Below are positions 11,535-24,418 of a DNA stretch of 64,000 nucleotides, piece after piece (the stretch's first letter is position 1; the number at the start of each line of letters is the position of its first letter). The translations under genes and the position numbers were made by a program. Below the pieces are notes generated by a model. It saw only the letters and a list, made by a program, of their open reading frames with translations. It ran no database searches and was not told where the DNA came from. This DNA comes from Fistulifera solaris (taxonomy: Eukaryota): NCBI GenBank assembly GCA_030295235.1, contig AP026169.1, positions 620,001 to 684,000 of the forward strand. Direction: 5' to 3'.

Positions 11535-13691
11535 CTATAGTTTGGCTTGACCGCTGCGCAAATGCATTTCTCGCTTGTAATACTCTTCCACAGTGATCTG
11601 AAGTCTGACACATCGTTCCAATAGTTTACTAGGCACGAAATGCTCCGTGCGAGGATACTTGCGATGCAGGGATTGCAGCTTGGACAACAATACCGAAAGG
11701 GTAACCTCGTGGTCGGCCCAATACATTGGTCCTCCGCGCCATGCCGGGAAACCGTAGCCGAACAGATAAACAATGTCAATATCACTAGGTGATCGCGCGA
11801 TGCCTTCCTCTAAGCATTTGAAGCCTTCATTCACGAGAGGATACAACACTTGCTCGATCATTTCGGCCTCTGTAGTTGCGGTGGCGCCTCTGGCACGATA
11901 CTTTTGAACTAACATCTCCATTTCCGGTGAATACAGTCCTTTACGACCTTTTCCGATAGCTAAATCATAATTGTACCATCCTTTTAACGTTTTCTGACCC
12001 AATCGTCCGTGTTCTGCCACCATGTCGTCAGCCAGCTCCGTGTAGCGATCGGGGCGATTGGGCGTCGTGTTTCCGGTTCGTACCCAACCCCGTTCTTTGC
12101 GAATATTGTAACCAACATCATTCCCGGCTAAATCGGACATTTGGAAAGGCCCCAAAGCCATACCGAACTTCAGAAAGGCTTTGTCTACATGAGCAATATT
12201 GTTCTTGGATTCCGTGATCAACAAAACGGTCTCTGCCGAATACGGTTTCAACATGCGATTTCCACAAAAGCCATCACAATTCCCAACGACTACTCCAATC
12301 TTGCCCATGCGTTTCGTTAAATCTTGTAGCAGAGCCACCGTTTCTTTGGATGTTTGTTTTCCTACCACGATTTCGACGAGCTGCATAACATGAGCGGGCG
12401 AAAAGAAGTGCCAACCCGCGAAACGTTGGGGAAAGACCACAACGGCCGCCATTTGATCAATATCCAATGTACTCGTATTGCTCAACAAAATAGCCGTTTT
12501 CGGTACCACGCTGGAAAGCTGCTGAAATATTTTTCGTTTGATGGTCATATTTTCAATCGCCGCCTCCACCACCAATTGACAGTCTCTCAAGTCGTCGTAC
12601 GATTGCGTGGTATGCAAGTTGGCGATCAAACTTTGTTCTCGTGATGCCGTTATCTTACCTCGCGCGGTTTGCGTCTTGAGAATTTGTTGAATCAATTGCG
12701 CGCCTTTCTCTAAGGCTTTTTCGTGGACATCGACGAGATAGACTTGGTACTGGCCCGTCTGCAACAAAACCAGCGCAATCCCACTCCCCATGGTTCCAGC
12801 ACCAATGACCGCGACGGGAACTTTATCCTTCAGCAACAGGTGTGGGGGTGGTGATTGCCAGGGCTTTTGCGCAGAACGCAACGCAAAGAAAACATGACGT
12901 AACGCTTGACCTTGTTCCGAGAGTAGAGTTTGAATGAACTGTTCGGCTTCCACTTTCATGCCGCTGGACAAATCAGGAGTCGTATAGACAGCACGCATAG
13001 CCTCTATAGCCGCATGTAGACCTTCACTTCCCTGTGGTGGGAATCCTAACGTCGCCGCATGCAAAGTTACGTGTGCCTCGGGTGGAGATTCTTTCGGCGG
13101 AAGCTGTCCGACTCTACGAATCGGTGTAGTTTCACCTTGCTGTGCCCATTCCTTAGCGGTTTCTAAGACTTGATCCGAAACAATATCTACCAGTGTCAGC
13201 TGGAGCGCCTTTTCGGCATTCACCGGTTTCCCCGTCAGAATCATATGACAAGCGGCCGGTAAACCCACCAACCGCGGCAGACGCTGTGTGCCTCCCGCAC
13301 CCGGAATCACTCCCACTTGTACTTCCGGCAAACCAAGTTTACTTTTAGAATGTGCCACACGGTAATGACACGACAGCGCAACTTCGAGTCCACCGCCCAA
13401 GCAATGTCCGGTGATGGCAGCAACGACCGGTTTCTCGCTCGCCTCAATCGCCGAAACGACATCGATCAGTGAAGGAATGTTACTTTGATTTGCTTCCGCA
13501 AACGAAGAGAATTCGGATAAATCAGCACCCGCGGAAAAATTGAAATTACCGCCGGTCAATACGATCGAAGTAACACTGGGGTTCGTTTGCGCCGTCATGA
13601 GTTGTTCCAGCAAAAAGCAACGCATTTTGGCCCCTAATGGATTCAACTTGGCCGACGAAACCGTCGAGAAATCGATGACTTGTACAACCAT
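11535..13691 (-). CDS. Peroxisomal bifunctional beta-oxidation enzyme (enoyl-CoA hydratase / 3-hydroxyacyl-CoA dehydrogenase)
   Basis: FSAGADL, GGGLE, GLPEVQVGVIPGAGGTQRLPR, VAVIGAGTMGSGIA, SNTSTL, HFFSPA; C-terminal PTS1 -AKL. Confidence 0.93.
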   Translation of the reverse strand: MVVQVIDFSTVSSAKLNPLGAKMRCFLLEQLMTAQTNPSVTSIVLTGGNFNFSAGADLSEFSSFAEANQSNIPSLIDVVSAIEASEKPVVAAITGHCLGGGLEVALSCHYRVAHSKSKLGLPEVQVGVIPGAGGTQRLPRLVGLPAACHMILTGKPVNAEKALQLTLVDIVSDQVLETAKEWAQQGETTPIRRVGQLPPKESPPEAHVTLHAATLGFPPQGSEGLHAAIEAMRAVYTTPDLSSGMKVEAEQFIQTLLSEQGQALRHVFFALRSAQKPWQSPPPHLLLKDKVPVAVIGAGTMGSGIALVLLQTGQYQVYLVDVHEKALEKGAQLIQQILKTQTARGKITASREQSLIANLHTTQSYDDLRDCQLVVEAAIENMTIKRKIFQQLSSVVPKTAILLSNTSTLDIDQMAAVVVFPQRFAGWHFFSPAHVMQLVEIVVGKQTSKETVALLQDLTKRMGKIGVVVGNCDGFCGNRMLKPYSAETVLLITESKNNIAHVDKAFLKFGMALGPFQMSDLAGNDVGYNIRKERGWVRTGNTTPNRPDRYTELADDMVAEHGRLGQKTLKGWYNYDLAIGKGRKGLYSPEMEMLVQKYRARGATATTEAEMIEQVLYPLVNEGFKCLEEGIARSPSDIDIVYLFGYGFPAWRGGPMYWADHEVTLSVLLSKLQSLHRKYPRTEHFVPSKLLERCVRLQITVEEYYKREMHLRSGQAKL

Positions 13692-14250
13692 ACTACAAGT
13701 AATTTGTTGTTCAGTCGATTTGAATGAACGGATTTAGAATATATGTGTTCGTGCTGCTTCCTATGGATGATTTTGATGTTGATGCTTCACATCATGCTTC
13801 GCCCGGCGGATCTTTTCTTTACTCCTATTTTTTACTTTGTATTTGTTCAGGTTTCCGTAGCAAACACTCACTGTAGCTCAAAGGGTAGTCTGGACAACAT
13901 CTGACTCAAAAACATTCAGTCCCGGATCCTGTCGACCTCCTACACGTTTCAATGCATTTCAACCTAAGGACTGTTCTAAACCAACAGATGTAGGTCTATT
14001 TCTACATTTGACTTTTGATTTGATTACGTCGACTTTGCATTTTATGGAATCGCCGTCATTTTTTTCACCGTAAAGAAATAGGGAAACCCGACTCAAGCTT
14101 CTTTACAGTCCCGGAACTAGTCGTCCGACGAGTTTGTCCTTTTCAAATCCTTTTCAACCCTCGTCTTGACAGGTATACTCACAATGAGACTACCGTGACA
14201 AGTTGACACTAATAATGATGAAGAATCTAGTTGCGTTAACTTAAACTCGC

Positions 14251-15192
14251 CTAGACTTTCGCGGACCCTTCAAATGCGAACGTAGCTGGACCGGTCATAT
14301 ACACATGGTTGTCTGATTCACGCCATTCAATGAAAAGATCTCCTCCCGGTAGAGTGACTCGGCAAGATTCTCCACGAGGGATTTTTCCCGCACGAATGGC
14401 GGCCACTGTGAGAGCACAAGCACCGGTACCGCACGCCAAGGTTGGTCCAGCACCTCGCTCCCAGACCTTCATCACCAGATGGTCCGGTGCTTTCACTTGA
14501 ACGAATTCAACATTTGTCTTGGCCGGAAAGACACTGGCTTTTTCCAAGGCCGGTCCGTCGTTGGCAAAATCAATATCCTTTTCCAGATCTTCGACGAAAA
14601 TAACGGCGTGAGGATTGCCCATGCTAACGCAAGAAATCTTCCATTCTTTTCCATTGCATTCGTATGTCTGCTCTACCACAGAGTCGCCTTCAAAATTGGG
14701 TTCTAATGTCGTGGGGACTTTTGCCGCGGCTAAAATGGGTTCGCCCATATCAACCGTAATACTGTCTTCGTTCATTACCGGGACAATTTTGCCGGCTAAC
14801 GTGTGAATGTTGTACGATTTTTGCTCTTCACCAAGATCTTTGAGAAACTGTGCAAAGCATCGAATGCCATTACCACACATTTCCGGTTCACTGCCGTCGG
14901 AATTGTAAATGCGCATGGTGAAATCGTACTCGGAGCTGGGTGGCTTCAAAGCAAAGATGACCCCGTCGCCTCCGATTCCGAAATTTCGATTGCACAACTT
15001 TTCCGCCTGTTCGGGCGTCAAGGAAGGATCGTCCCGATCCCGATTGTCAATGAGAATAAAATCGTTTCCCAGACCATGGTACTTGGAGAACTGTACGGCG
15101 TTCAGTGAGGTCGTCGCACGTCTGGGTACGCGAGGCGTCGGGAAAGCCGATGCAGACATGACGCATAGCAGAGTCAAGACTTTTGTCAGCAT
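14251..15192 (-). CDS. dapF: Diaminopimelate epimerase, plastid-targeted
   Basis: FSKYHGLGNDF, NSDGSEPEMCGNGIRC, SMGNPH, WERGAGPTLACGTGAC; signal peptide ending SASA|FP. Confidence 0.96.
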   Translation of the reverse strand: MLTKVLTLLCVMSASAFPTPRVPRRATTSLNAVQFSKYHGLGNDFILIDNRDRDDPSLTPEQAEKLCNRNFGIGGDGVIFALKPPSSEYDFTMRIYNSDGSEPEMCGNGIRCFAQFLKDLGEEQKSYNIHTLAGKIVPVMNEDSITVDMGEPILAAAKVPTTLEPNFEGDSVVEQTYECNGKEWKISCVSMGNPHAVIFVEDLEKDIDFANDGPALEKASVFPAKTNVEFVQVKAPDHLVMKVWERGAGPTLACGTGACALTVAAIRAGKIPRGESCRVTLPGGDLFIEWRESDNHVYMTGPATFAFEGSAKV

Positions 15193-15561
15193 ACTGTTAA
15201 TGCAATTGAGGCTGATCGATCAAATGGGTTAGACTTGCAATTCAACTGATTCTCAACAGTGTATTAATGTGAATAATGCGTGGATAGGACTTTAAATACA
15301 ATCTCAATTGCGATTAGTGTGGTACCAGGTATGGCTTTTGCTTTTTTTCGACATTTTCTAGTATGCCGATGACGTTACGCACAATCGCAGTACAGACCAC
15401 CACAGGCAAACTACAAATAACAGAAGCCATACCGGTCCGACTCAACGACGAATCGCCGCAGTTTGCTGCTGGCTGCGTTCAACTCGACCCAAAAATAACT
15501 ACAACAACATCAACAACTTGTTCACCCAGAAACCTTTTCTTTCACTTTCAACAAACGCATC

Positions 15562-16192
15562 ATGCCACCGGGACTGCGACCTCAAAATCTGAACGACATT
15601 TTCCAGGCAGCCGCCGCGCAAACGCGCCAGAAACTTCCCGAGTTGACATCGAACCAGAAGGTCGGTTGGCTTCGTATGTTTTGTTCTGTTACATTCATAC
15701 TTCTTATTTAAAACTGCTGACTATTCCAGGTTGCGCGTCTGTATCGCCATTCTTTGAAAACGCTATTGAGTTGGGCGATTGATCGAGATGTCTTCAATCA
15801 TGAAGCCTCACAGTTGCGTGCCCGTTTCGATGCTCACCGCGGCGTGAACGCCGCCTCCGCATCACGATTGTTGCAGGTAAGAACGACTTGTGTAGGTCTT
15901 TTCTTTCAAAATGGTTGGTTTTCTAGTTACTAACAAATAGTAATAGGAAGGACAAGACGAGTTGTTCCGTATGATGCATCCCGACATTTACAAGAATATC
16001 GACATGCCGGGTGGATCGAAATTCATGCGCAACCCTCCTCCTCCGATGGAAGTGTGTTTCCCGGACGGAAACTTGCCCAAGGATGCTCCTCGCTACACCT
16101 TTAATCCAGATTGGAGCATCAGTACACCGGAAAATGGTCGCAATGCAACCGGGACAGTTTTGGTGGATTTCTACAAGAAGAACATGGAATAA
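15562..16192 (+). CDS. NDUFB9: Complex I LYR-family subunit B22 (3 exons)
   Basis: Spliced product ...VARLYRHSLKTLLSWAIDRDVF...LRARFDAHR...LLQEGQDEL...HPDIY....PGGSKFMRNPPPP; introns ~15661-15729 and ~15877-15945. Confidence 0.85.
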
Positions 16193-16552
16193 TCGCTGCT
16201 GGGCTAAGAAGAGATGTGGTTCTTACTTTGAAAACAAATGGAAGGAATTAAAAATAAAAAGTGATATTACTTGTAGTTACTTTCGCAGTAAGACCAAGGT
16301 ACAGACACTTTGCAGTTAGACCATGGTAAACAATGTCAAGACCGAAAGGCACCTAAAAGCCGTGGATAGGAGTATTCGCCAACTGAAGCGCTCCGAGCCT
16401 TTGCGCAAAGGGCAGCAGCAGATGCTGGAAGGTAAGGGTACAACTAGGATATGCAAGAAATCAGAATAGCTATCAAAATAACTTTCACTTATTTTCTGCA
16501 ATTACATAATATTACTAATTTTGCAAACTCAGTCACATAGTAGACGAAGAAC

Positions 16553-18054
16553 CTAGCTTTCTTGCAGTTCGAGGTCATCGCCCAACTGATGTTTGGTAGA
16601 CTCTTTCGCATCCGGGTTTCCAAGATACGTGACATCCGGTTCATATCGAGCGACTTTTCTGTGCATCAGGGCGATGACCCATGCAGCCGAGCAGACACCA
16701 GATGCTTCGAGGAATAAGCACAAACGGATGATCAAGTAGATGAGCGGGTTGGACAAGAAGGCGACCGGGAAAGCCGATGCAATGATGCGCCAAGCTAGTG
16801 ACCCTATGATGGTTGTGATGATAGCACCTAGAAGGCCTGTGTTGAAGAAATTCTGAATGCCCGCACTCACACCGAAAATCGTCGTCTCGCCCTCGTCGAC
16901 GCTGCACGTGGCTACGCGAGCAACGATGAACATGCAGCATGTCACACAGATCTGGCGACCGATCAAGAATGCTTGAAGGTGTGATCCAGAAAAGACCAAA
17001 TCGCATACCTTGGCGGCCTGTGAATGCTTCTTCAACTCATCTTTGGGCATGTTGATGACAGCAAAGAGAGCAATCTGCATGCCTTCCATCATACCGACAA
17101 ACGCCATCAAGACGAAGAGAAGAGTCACCGAGACTGGCTCAGGAACACCACTGTACATAGTAGTCTTGCCGTCAAAAAGCGCAACCAGGGTAACTGCCAA
17201 GGAAAAGACAAGACAGCCACCGAGAAAACAATTCTTAACCAGAAGAAAATGGCTTGTGGGATGGTGCGTGTCGGTTGGGTGTCGGTGGACTTGCCGGTGA
17301 TCTTGGCAAAAATAATCTGAACCAGGTAGACCGAATGTAGCAAACCAGACATTTCGATGAAAAGAGAAACATGCGTTGTGATCAGCATGACGTAATTGTT
17401 GATAAAGTCGAGCATGCAGTCGGCAGCATTGACCTGAGCCGTCAACTGCCCGAGAATGGTCGTCATCAAAATCAATGCGACGCCAGAGTTGATGAAAATC
17501 TCCACCATAAAGTCGGGCAAGTTGAGAACGCTAGCGCCTTTCAATGCCGATCCACACATGTTGATGACAAAGATAACGAGCACAACAAGGAACTGCCTTC
17601 CGACAATAAAACGTTCCAAGTTATTTCCTTCGTGAGCCAATTTCGTAACCTTCAATGCTTTCGGATGCGACTGAGCATAGAGTGTCTTGTCAATAGGCTG
17701 CAGGCCCACGAGACAACCTTGTCCTCCTTCCATGAAGGCCAACCAAAGCGTAAGAACCCAAAGAAGAATGAAAGCAACAGCAGAGTTGACGTCAGCTGCC
17801 ATTTTTGTCTGATCCGTGAAGATGGTGGCGGTGACGACGATGACCGAGAAGAGCAATAGCACAAGCGAATACGAATACTTGAACAGCGTGGCCAATGTGT
17901 GACGCCCATCTTTCACATTGTCTTTCGCAGTGTCCTGATCACTTGACTTGAGCTGTACCTGTGCTTCTTCGTCACTGATATCGTCGGACGAGATCGAAGT
18001 GCTGCCCTGTTCATACGTCGGCTTGACCGGAAGAGAATCTGGAGTGTTTGACAT
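16553..18054 (-). CDS. SIT: Silicon transporter (SIT), copy A
   Basis: EGGQ, GRQ, CMLDFIN, EGMQ, GRQ motifs and many hydrophobic segments. Frameshift at ~17205 where the run is one A shorter than in copy B. Confidence 0.95.
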
Positions 18055-19137
18055 GATAGCTGGATCTGGTTCGGTGGTGGAGTTATACGTGTTACTTGAA
18101 ACTAAACGGCTGTTAACTTCTTTGGCCTTTCGAAACAACGGCTTTTAACCTTTTTCGCATCAAGGTAAAAATGACAGTTTTGATGAACCGACAAAAAACC
18201 GCAAAAAGTCTGAAAGTTAAATTTTGGAGAAACAACTTGAAATATAACGGTTTAAATAACGCTAAACTACCGATAAACGTTATATAGTTTCCTAAGTAAT
18301 ACTATTGGTTTCCTATCTAAAGATGCGCGCCCAGAAATGTACATTAAACGCTAGACTCAGTTTTTCGTACTTAGGCTTCGGAGCTCTAACAAACCTGGTA
18401 CGAAACAAGGGTCATGATTAGCACTTGACGAAAATCGATCGCGGGCTCAACCGCAGACAAGGAGCTGTTGTGGCAAGGGACATCGAATTTATCGCTTACT
18501 CGAAGATCTTTTCTATCGCTGAATATTGCCAAGAATCCCCTTCCATGAAAGCAGTCTTAAGTGGCGAGCTACTTCCGTTGAAAGGTTTACACGGTACTGC
18601 CCACGCCGCATCAGTATAACATCATCGCGAGGACGACAAGTTACATCATGCATCGTATAGAAAGCAAATGATGCCCAAGTTAAACGTGGGATCATGTCAT
18701 CGCTTGGGGCGGATGTCAGCAAAGGTACTGTAAGCGACAGGGGGCGCAATGTGGACAAGCGATATCTACCGAAGACTTGCCATTGACTACTACGGCCCGG
18801 ATCCATTGTGACGCTGTTAATGAAGGAAACCATTGGAGTGGGTCATTTTGTAAAAGAGTACGGTGAAAGTTGAATTTTGTCAAGCAATTGTGCAATACTA
18901 AGTCATCATTATATTGCATTGCTGGGGTTTGGGCGCTGATGATTTGTTAATGATGGCATAATAGCATATGGAGTGAAGATAGAGTTTCTATAAAAAACTG
19001 AACATTAATAGAGATTTGAATTTCTATTTTTTAAAACAAATTTCGTTTAACTTAATTCGTTTTACTTCAAGGGGTCGTATCAGTCGATTGATTGGTCAAT
19101 CCACTAATCCACAAAGTCAAGAGTTAGTTAGATAGCT

Positions 19138-20742
19138 TTAGTTTTCTTGCAGTTCGAGGTCGTCTTCCAACTTTTTGCCGGCTCCTCCGGTTTTCGAAGG
19201 ACCAAGATAGTCGACATCTGGTTTATATCCAGCAACCTTTTTTTGTAATCGTGCCAGGACCCACGCGGCGGAACAGACACCAGATGATTCGAGGAATAAG
19301 CACAAACGGATGATCAAGTAGATGAGCGGGTTGGACAAGAAGGCAACCGGGAAAGCCGATGCAATGATGCGCCAAGCTAGTGACCCTATGATGGTTGTGA
19401 TGATAGCACCTAGAAGGCCTGTGTTGAAGAAATTCTGAATGCCCGCACTGACCCCAAAGATCGTCGTCTCGCCCTCGTCGACGTTGCACGTGGCTACGCG
19501 AGCAACGATGAACATGCAGCATGTCACACAGATCTGGCGACCGATCAAGAATGCTTGAAGGTGTGATCCAGAAAAGACCAAATCGCATACTTTGGCGGCC
19601 TGTGAATGCTTCTTCAACTCATCTTTGGGCATGTTGATGACAGCAAAGAGAGCAATCTGCATGCCTTCCATCATTCCAACAAACGCCATGAGAACGAATA
19701 ATAGCGTGACGGATACAGGCTCAGGGACACCACTATACATAGTAGTCTTGCCGTCAAAAAGCGCAACCAGAGTAACCGCCAAGGAAAAAGACAAGACAGC
19801 CACCGAGAAAACAATTCTTAACCAGAAGAAAATGGCTTGTGGGATGGTTCGTGTCGATTGATTCGACTCTGTCGATTTGCCGGTGATCTTGGCGAAAGCG
19901 ATTTGAACCAGATAAACGGAATGCAGCAAACCAGACATTTCGATGAAAAGGGAAACATGTGTTGTGATCAGCATGCCGTAATTGTTGATAAAGTCCAACA
20001 TGCAGTCGGCAGCATTGACCTGAGCCGTCAACTGCCCAAGAATGGTCGTCATCAAAATCAAAGCGACGCCTGAGTTAATGAAAATCTCCACCAAAATATC
20101 GGGCAAGTTGAGAACTCTAGCGCCTTTTAATGCCGATCCACACATGTTGATGCCGAAAATGACTAATACCACTAAGAATTGCCTACCGATGATGAATCTT
20201 TCCAGATTTTCTTCCTTGTGGGCCAAGGTTGTGACTTTCAATGCTTTCGGATGCGACTGAGCGTACAGTGTCTTGTCAATAGGCTGCAGACCCACGAGAC
20301 AACCTTGTCCTCCTTCCATGATGGCCAACCAAAGTGTAAGAACCCAAAGAAGAATGAAAGCAACAATCGAGTGAACATCTGCTGCAATCTTTGTCTGATT
20401 CGTAAAAATAGTCGCTGTTACCACGGTGACGGAAAAGGCCAATATTGCCAGTGAGTACGCATATTTGATAAATGTGATACTGGTATAGTTCTGGAAGCCA
20501 GCTGGCAGTGTTTCTTCCGATTTCGTTTGTACAGATGCTTCCTCGTCATTGGCAATCACATGATCGAAAGCATATTGTTGAGAGCTGGCTTCAGAGGGAA
20601 CCGTCGACAAGGGCGATGAGTTGCTGCCGTATATCGTGCCCGGTTTGAACGGTACACATTCTCTCATCTTGGATCTTTGTTCTTCTTTATGGGAATGCGA
20701 TTTCGGGGCCTTGAGAGAGAGGTGCAACGAGGTGGTATCCAT
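19138..20742 (-). CDS. SIT: Silicon transporter (SIT), copy B, intact 534 aa
   Basis: MEGGQG, IGRQFLVV, AADCMLDFINN, MEGMQIA, IGRQICV, IASAFPVAFLSNP. Confidence 0.97.
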   Translation of the reverse strand: MDTTSLHLSLKAPKSHSHKEEQRSKMRECVPFKPGTIYGSNSSPLSTVPSEASSQQYAFDHVIANDEEASVQTKSEETLPAGFQNYTSITFIKYAYSLAILAFSVTVVTATIFTNQTKIAADVHSIVAFILLWVLTLWLAIMEGGQGCLVGLQPIDKTLYAQSHPKALKVTTLAHKEENLERFIIGRQFLVVLVIFGINMCGSALKGARVLNLPDILVEIFINSGVALILMTTILGQLTAQVNAADCMLDFINNYGMLITTHVSLFIEMSGLLHSVYLVQIAFAKITGKSTESNQSTRTIPQAIFFWLRIVFSVAVLSFSLAVTLVALFDGKTTMYSGVPEPVSVTLLFVLMAFVGMMEGMQIALFAVINMPKDELKKHSQAAKVCDLVFSGSHLQAFLIGRQICVTCCMFIVARVATCNVDEGETTIFGVSAGIQNFFNTGLLGAIITTIIGSLAWRIIASAFPVAFLSNPLIYLIIRLCLFLESSGVCSAAWVLARLQKKVAGYKPDVDYLGPSKTGGAGKKLEDDLELQEN

Positions 20743-21552
20743 CGGAATATATTGAAAGACTTTTTACTTTTTTCCGGATCGAGGCGCTCCCGGCGCGCTC
20801 CCTCCTTTGGTACAATATTGTTGAGAGTGCTTCCCTCCGACATCGGAATTTGAGTCTTGATAGCCAAACCGGCACTCGAAAAATGACAGGAAAACGGTTC
20901 CCCTAAATAAACTTGTTCCCCCCCCCCCCCCCCAATTCAAATATTCCAATGTCTCGGCTCGGCATTTAACGGACCAAGGAAGGACCGCACATCCAGATCG
21001 CGTTTTTCGATGGTTCCGCAATGGACAATTGACAAAGCCGCCCTTCGCCGCCGCTACTGTTGCTGCTATAGTCACTTTGTGAGTCTTGTTTATTGTGAAC
21101 AGACGGAAGGTACGACGCCAAGGCTTCTCTCGGCTCTCGTCTCCACCATCCACGAGATTTTTTCTTTGATCGTCTGCTCGCTGCTCGTCGCTCGTCGACT
21201 GGGTAGAAAGCGTTATTGGGTCGATGGTTCGTAGATGCTCTTTTCGGTCTCTAGTAGTTTCACCGTCTGCTGCTTCCGTTCAATCTCCATCAGTTATAGC
21301 CAGTCACTATTTCTATCCACAAGAAGCCAATTAACGCTTCTTTTGCATCAATTGGACTCTTTTTTTCTCGTCCATTCAATTATTACAGAACAGCTGACTG
21401 GATTGGGTAGTCATTGCAACGAACGAAACCGTCGTTCCTAGTGAGCAGATTGATCCAGTGTCTAGAGGTCTGGTCCAAACCGTCACGCTTCGTGAATTGT
21501 GTGCAATCAACAATTCATATAGAAGCAAGGAGGAGACCCTCAGCAAATTCAC

Positions 21553-24152
21553 ATGCCAGCCCCAATGTCATCCGAACAAGAAGAATACAGTGCTGCGCGG
21601 AAGCAGTTTTGCAAGGAATCATCATCATCGTCCCAATCCGTTGGGGGAGAAAAGATTAATAGTGCCAGATTGTGGGAAGAAAGTCTCGGCATCGATGATC
21701 ACAGTTCCATGCACAACAGTTTTCGTTCACATCGCACCGACGTGACGGGAGTTTCCGGATTAACGATGAGCAGTGCGTTTGGCAGTATTCCGCTGCAACC
21801 GGGAGAAATGATGGAGCCCTACGAGCGGCCTCTTTCGGCACCTCCACCGCCGGGGTTTTCCGGTGGGGCCGAAGAACGCACGCGGAAAGCGGAACTGGCG
21901 TTGCGTCAGTCCCAACCCAAGCCGGATGAAGACAGTTATGGCTCTTCGAAAGATAAGAATCACGGCTTTGGGAACTTGGCGGATTATTTAGGAGCAGGGT
22001 TGGCGCAATCCATGGAGGATGCGGCGCGAGAAGTGTCAGAATCGAAGGATGACATCAATTTCCATCGACAAACGCGTCATGCAGCCAACCGATTGGTGGG
22101 TACAACAGACGCAAGTGCTATGAAACACACTTCGAATAGTTTGAAAGACGACTTTGCGGCTGCCCCATCTTCTTCGTCTCTGGGAGGCAATTTAGATCGC
22201 GGATTCCCGTCCCTACTTTCCACACCGCAAAGAAAGTCGGACGGTAATGATAATTTTGATACCTTATCAGGAGCTACTGCTTCCCATCCGATGTTTGATC
22301 AACGCTCGCGTTTGAATGGTATAGGAACGAACGTTAGTGAGCCAGAGGAAGAAGGTCTTTTCGGTCGCTCTGTTTCGGGTGTGGTTTCGATGAGGGTGGA
22401 TTATCCGCACATTGGTTCGGAATACACTTTCGATCGTCCCATGCTTTCTTCGGCCGCGAGAGAGTTTCAACCTTCCATGACAGGCGATATCCCTTTGTCG
22501 GCGAGCAACGACTCGAATCACTCGACCGATCTGAGTTCGCGTCAAGCGGAAATGGAGCTGGCTTCATTTTTATGGGATCCCAGTCAGAAAGGACCAAGCC
22601 GAACGCTGGCGATTTTGCACGTGTCTTGGCTTCGTGTTCCGGATGTTCGGTCGGCGTGTGAAACATTTGGTATCTTGGAAACATTTCGTTCCGAGTTTTC
22701 CAGTCTTGGGATCTATTTGGTATCCTATTATGACATTCGAAGTGCTCAGTATGCATCTGCAGAACTTCAAGCTATTTTACAACGTTTAGTTGTGATGCAG
22801 CGTGGAAGTGAAGAAGTTGTTGTGAAATTTTGTATCCCTCTCAACTCTTCCAGTCAAAATGACGATTCGCAGATTGTCATATCGGATTTACCGTTGGAGT
22901 ACGATGAGTTTGCCCTTCGATCTATTTTGTCCTCGTTCGGTTCGATCAGGTCTATTGGCTCGCAGGGTATGGGAAGTTACATGGTTGAATTTAATAATAT
23001 TCAAGATGCCAAGCAAGCTCAACTTGAGCTTGACAGCACCAACCATTTGGAGCTAACACTTTTGTCGAGTTAAGTATGAGAAGTCCAGGAATCCGGAAAC
23101 GAGGTCGCGAGCTGTTGAGTCTTCTCAGTCGTTGGAGACAGATGAACACGAGACGACAGCCAAGCCGTACATCGGATGCTCAATCGGTTGGTTCAGGTCA
23201 TAGTAATCCAGGAGATCCGTGGCGTGGTAAAGCCAACAACCCTTTTTTTCAAGGATCAACCGAAGTTGTTGGTATGGGTGCTGCTTACGGTGCGTCTAGA
23301 ACTTCAAATCCACACCAAGAGGCTACTCAAGTGGTTTTGGGACCCGATGGGCGTTACACTCCTGTTGTTATGCAAAGTAATTTCTCCTCTTTCGCACCGA
23401 TGGGCGCAACTGCAATAGATCCCCGTCAACAACAGATTATTCAAGGCCCTGATGGGCAAATGTATCTTGCTCCTGTTCCTGCTCCGCAAAGTAGTCATTC
23501 TTTTGGTGGACATGGGATGCAGATTCAGGGATCGCGTTATCCATATCCTGCAAATGTTCTCGCTCATCAAGATCGTAGACCTCCGCCGCAAAGCCGAACG
23601 CCCTACTACTCGCATGTCGTCAACGACGCGAGTTCCCTCTCAGGACGGTCGCACCGTTCAGGATACTCGAACGGGACAGATGCAGAAAGGGACACCCGGC
23701 ACTTGGTGTTGGATCTAGATGCGGTTGAAGGAGGTCTTGACACTCGAACTTCTCTTATGGTGAGAAATATTCCGAACAAATATACGCAAAACATGTTGCT
23801 ATCGGAATTCGCAGAGAACGGCCATGGACCCGGTGTTATTGATTTTTTCTATCTACCGATCGACTTCAAGAATCGATGTAACAGAGGCTATGCATTCATC
23901 AACTTTATTGATTACCGAGATATTCTGGCCTTCCATAAGCAGTATTATGGAAAGCATTGGCGAACGTTCAATAGTGATAAGATTTGTGACGTTACGTACG
24001 CCCGTATTCAAGGAAAAGCGGCGATGTTGAAGCGTTTTGAAAACTCAGCTTTAATGGAGAAAGACGAGGAATACAAACCACTGGTATTTTCTAGTTCCGG
24101 GCCTGATAAAGGTCAACGTCTCCCATTCCCAGATCCATCGACAAGGGCTTGA
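21553..24152 (+). CDS. MEI2-like RRM RNA-binding protein
   Basis: Two degenerate RRMs (VSYYDIRSAQYA; YMVEFNNIQDA) and the diagnostic RRM3 RTSLMVRNIPNKYTQ...DFFYLPIDFKNRCNRGYAFINF...YARIQG. Frameshift at ~23045. Confidence 0.9.
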
Positions 24153-24418
24153 TTGTTTTCCCTCAAACCCCTAGTTTTATAAATAAGCGCATTTTTGATG
24201 GCTACCTATCATTTTCTAGTCTACGACGCTTCCATAGCATGATCTTCATTCGGAGATAGCAAAGGCGGTCGTGGTGCCCTGCGCTTCTCCCATTCCCAAG
24301 TTACGCAGGCCTACGATAGAATGCATGGCGCGGCTACTTAAGAGAAAAATGAATGACACAGTTACTTTGGATCACTCTAAAAGCGATTGTCACCTCTCAC
24401 CGGAACAATATGATCTCA

